DNA of 64,000 nt, taken from NCBI GenBank assembly GCA_963809485.1, contig CAWEJX010000020.1:992001-1056000 (forward strand). Reading direction: 5' to 3'. How positions within the stretch are numbered: the first letter of the stretch is position 1; each line of letters opens with the position of its first letter. Origin of the DNA: an uncultured Acidobacteriota bacterium (GTDB lineage Bacteria; Acidobacteriota; UBA6911). Shown here one piece after another: positions 60,926 to 64,000 of this stretch. The position numbers were made by a program, and so were the translations under genes. A model generated the notes under the pieces. The model was given only the letters and a program-made list of their open reading frames with translations. It made no database searches and had not been told where the DNA came from.

Positions 60926-62606
60926 TTATCGTTCCTTCATGAAATCCCTCAATATGCGGTTGTGCGATGTATGCCTCAGCTTACTCAGGGCCTTGGCCTC
61001 TATTTGGCGGATTCGTTCGCGAGTGACGGAAAAACGCTGACCGACTTCTTCCAGCGTATGCTCGCTGTCGTCCTCCAAACCGAAGCGCATTTTGAGCACT
61101 TGTTCCTCGCGAGGCGTCAGGGATTTGAGAACCGATTCCGTCTTTTCCTTCAAATTGAATCTTGAGCACGGCTTCCACCGGGGAAACCACGCCACAGTCC
61201 TCAATGAAGTCACCCAGACGGCTATCCCCTTCTTCTCCTATAGGAGTATCCAGACTGATGGGTGCCCGGGCAATCTCCAGAATCTTGCGAATTTTGCTGA
61301 CGGGGACATCCATGTTCCTGGCAATTTCCTCGCTGGTAGGCTCGCGGCCATACTCCTGAACCAGGCTTCGTGAGGTGCGGATCAGCTTATTGATAGCCTC
61401 ATTCATGTGAACAGGGATACGGATGGTTCGCGACTGGTCGGCGATTGCACGGGTGATGGCCTGGCGGATCCACCAGGTGGCATACGTCCCGAATTTGTAG
61501 CCCCGGCGGTACTCAAACTTGTCCACCGCCTTCATGAGCCCGATATTCCCCTCCTGGATTAAATCCAGAAATTGCACCCCTCGATTGTTGTACTTTTTGG
61601 CTATGGAAACTACCAGCCGCAGGTTTGCTTCGACCATCTCTCTTCTTGGCAATATCCGATTCCAACTCTCCCGACTTGATGGTTGCCAGGGTGTGCTTCA
61701 ACTCGGGAAGCGAAGCAAAAGCCTCGTTTTCCAACTGCTTCATCTCACTTTTGAGTTGCCTGATTGCTCCTTTTGATCACCTTGGCATCTTCCAGCCGGC
61801 GCACGGTCTTCAGTCTGCTTTTGAGGTTGCGGATCTCACGTTCATACGCCACAACTTTGCATACAATATCTTTGATAATTCCGACGAATCTCTCATGGTG
61901 AGCATTTCTGAGTTCCAGGTCGCGGACTTTCCATGCAACCGGAATCCGATAGCGGGCCAGCATGGAGAGATGCTTTTTATAAAGCCGGGAACGCTTGCGG
62001 CAGCGGCTGATTTTCAGGCCGATCTTATGGGCTGCCCGTTCATGTTTGCGAATGCTATCAATGATACGAAGCACCGCGGTTCGTCTTTTCTTCCAGGAGA
62101 TCGTCGGTCAACTCGTCGTCGTCAAAGGAGACGACATCGCGAATGGAAATCTGCTTGTTCCTGAGCTGGTCCCCGATGTTGAGAATTTCCCGAAGGACCA
62201 GGGGAGAGCGCGAGAGCGCTTTCAGGATCACATTCTGTCCATGCTCTATTCGCTTGGCGATCACAACTTCGCTTTCTCGGTTGAGTAAGGGGACGGTTGC
62301 CATTTCGCGGAAGTAAAGGCGTGCCGGATCAACTACTTTGTCCAGGGTAAGAGGACTAAACTCAATATTCCCGCCTTTTCCTTTCCTCATCCCTGTCATC
62401 TTTGGTTCCTCATCTGGAACTCCTGCTCGCTATCGATCACCTCGATGCCGGAAGAGCCAAAAAGAGAAAAGATGCTGTCCAGCTCATCGGCGGAGTAAAT
62501 CCCTTCGGGCAACGAGTCGTTAATTTCGTCATAGAGAGAGATAGCCTCTCTCTTTCCCCAAAATCATCAACTCTCTGACTTCGTCGTACCTGTCTTCAAT
62601 CGACAA
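60926..62606 (-). pseudogene. rpoD: RpoD-like (group 1 sigma70) pseudogene with several frameshifts
   Basis: Region 1.1 (LMILGKERGYL), 1.2 (DPARLYFREM), 2 ([22 protein letters not shown]) and 4 ([16 protein letters not shown]) lie in different frames. Confidence 0.9.
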
Positions 62607-62789
62607 GACCAAGAACTCCTTCCATGCAATTTCCTGGAGGCAAGCCATTTCCTCTGTTTGATCATTTAAGAGCTGTTACGTTGTGGCCTTATCCACTGTA
62701 ACAGCAACATCCTGATTCTTTAAGCCCAATCTACAGTATGCACCACCGATGGAATCCATGGGGGCCAGCCTCGTATGCGATAGTTTCGT

Positions 62790-62880
62790 TGACCTGCCGC
62801 CGAGCTCTTTTCTCATCCAAGCTAGCGCTCGCTGCTGCTTTGGACCGCGCGGCTTGTAATCAGTTACGATCCGCATATTG
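62790..62880 (-). pseudogene. Remnant of a DnaC-like loader homologous to 48878-49600
   Basis: YKPRGPKQQRALAWMRKELGG versus FKPRDPKQQRALSLMRKDPSG. Confidence 0.7.
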
Positions 62881-63070
62881 TTGGGAAAAATATCGTCAAA
62901 AATCCATGGCTCCGATTGCCTGAATGAAGAGCACGCCCGCAGACTCCCTCCCTTTGATTGCGCCTTCTCAGATCATCCATCCTTGATGTCTTTTCCCCGG
63001 GGATCCGGCTATTTGTGGAGAAACGGCACCGTTTCGCCCTATAATCGCCGGAACTTCGGGAGGAAACACG

Positions 63071-63607
63071 ATGCTGACTCGAATGATGATCGCCCTGTTT
63101 TTGATATTTGCTTCCACCGCATCCGCACAGAAGACCGCGCCTGCGGAGCTTACGGCACTCGATTATTTTCAGATCCAGCAGCTGGTTGCAAAGTATGCGC
63201 GCGCCATCGATACATGCTCCAACAACGGATACGACTACGCCGATCTCTTCACGGCCGACGGATACTTCGCTCCTTCAATGGACGGCAAGGTCGCAATGAA
63301 ATTTCAGGGACGCGAAAAGCTGGCGGAGGTCTCCGGCGGCGGCGTGCAGGGATGCAAGAACGTGCCCTGGATCAAGGAGGGCGTCCATCACATCTACGTC
63401 AATCACATCATCAGCCCCACTGCGGAAGGAGCCAAGGGAACTGTCGACATGCTGATGATTGGACTGGGCGGCGATCCCAACCGGATTGAGTACGACGGCT
63501 ACTATGAAGACGTTTACGCCAGGACGCCGCAGGGATGGCGCTTCAAATCGCGCACTCACCATGCCCTGCTCAATCAGGGGAAACGAGTGGCGCCTGCGAC
63601 ACGCTGA
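63071..63607 (+). CDS. Secreted SnoaL/NTF2-like protein
   Basis: LTALDYFQIQQL.AKY..AID, ADLFTADG and G.YED.Y.RTP.GWRFKSR motifs. Confidence 0.85.
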   Translation: MLTRMMIALFLIFASTASAQKTAPAELTALDYFQIQQLVAKYARAIDTCSNNGYDYADLFTADGYFAPSMDGKVAMKFQGREKLAEVSGGGVQGCKNVPWIKEGVHHIYVNHIISPTAEGAKGTVDMLMIGLGGDPNRIEYDGYYEDVYARTPQGWRFKSRTHHALLNQGKRVAPATR

Positions 63608-64000
63608 GAAAGTCGAAACACATGCTCCGTGGCCTTGCATTCCCGGACCGTTCGCGAAACGGGACCCTGTCTCCACTGCTGAAAATTTGAGCCAAATCGA
63701 TCATTCACGATCCAGGGATTCCTGCCGGAAGAGACCGAACTGGAAAAGCACTTCGGAATGAGAGTCGGGCCAGGTTTTGGTCTCCGCGGAAATTGAATAT
63801 CGGCGATGCCGCCGAGCGATAAACCGCAGCAGCACAGGCAGCTTTGTATTTAAGGGTCCCGGCATATGAAGTAATGTTTTCCCCTCTGAATTGCCTTTCG
63901 ACTGGGTCCTATAGACCCAAAAAGTCGCCCGGAGAATCAAGCATACTTGCCAAAGGGACAACCTGGATATTTTTCGCCAGAGCGTAGGAATGGAGCCCTG

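Overview
This ~57% GC bacterial window is probably from Acidobacteriota (inferred from protein styles, not proven). Positions 1-19.6 kb are ordinary chromosome: an Npt-like transporter, a Ser/Thr kinase, an Fpg/Nei-like glycosylase, a TatT-TRAP (TPAT) transporter with an acyl-CoA ligase, SDRs, DUF763, and a ZIP/Zur pair. From about 19.7 kb the window is an accessory zone. It begins with a RAYT-type HUH transposase carrying amplified end repeats, a group II intron 5' fragment, an integrase remnant and tRNA-Thr(CGT) at 22169-22244. A ~28 kb island runs from the tRNA to a displaced tRNA 3' half at 50541-50584, and a second, related and decayed island probably follows it. The first island contains a large-serine-recombinase element inside an IS, a RIT inside a RIT abutting an integrase, an IS110/IS1111, two more IS that split one secreted-protein gene, and a Rep plus DnaC-like module. 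The region beyond it holds an ISAs1-DUF4338 element inside the IR of an IS1 and a cold-shock cassette with an rpoD pseudogene. The top candidate for novelty is the serine-recombinase element: its DUF5372 gene has no usable full-length start while integrated, and gains an RBS and an in-frame ATG from the recombinase tail only when the element circularises. An unexplained pair of structured ncRNAs at 37366-37635 is also notable. All family assignments come from motif recognition, not database searches.
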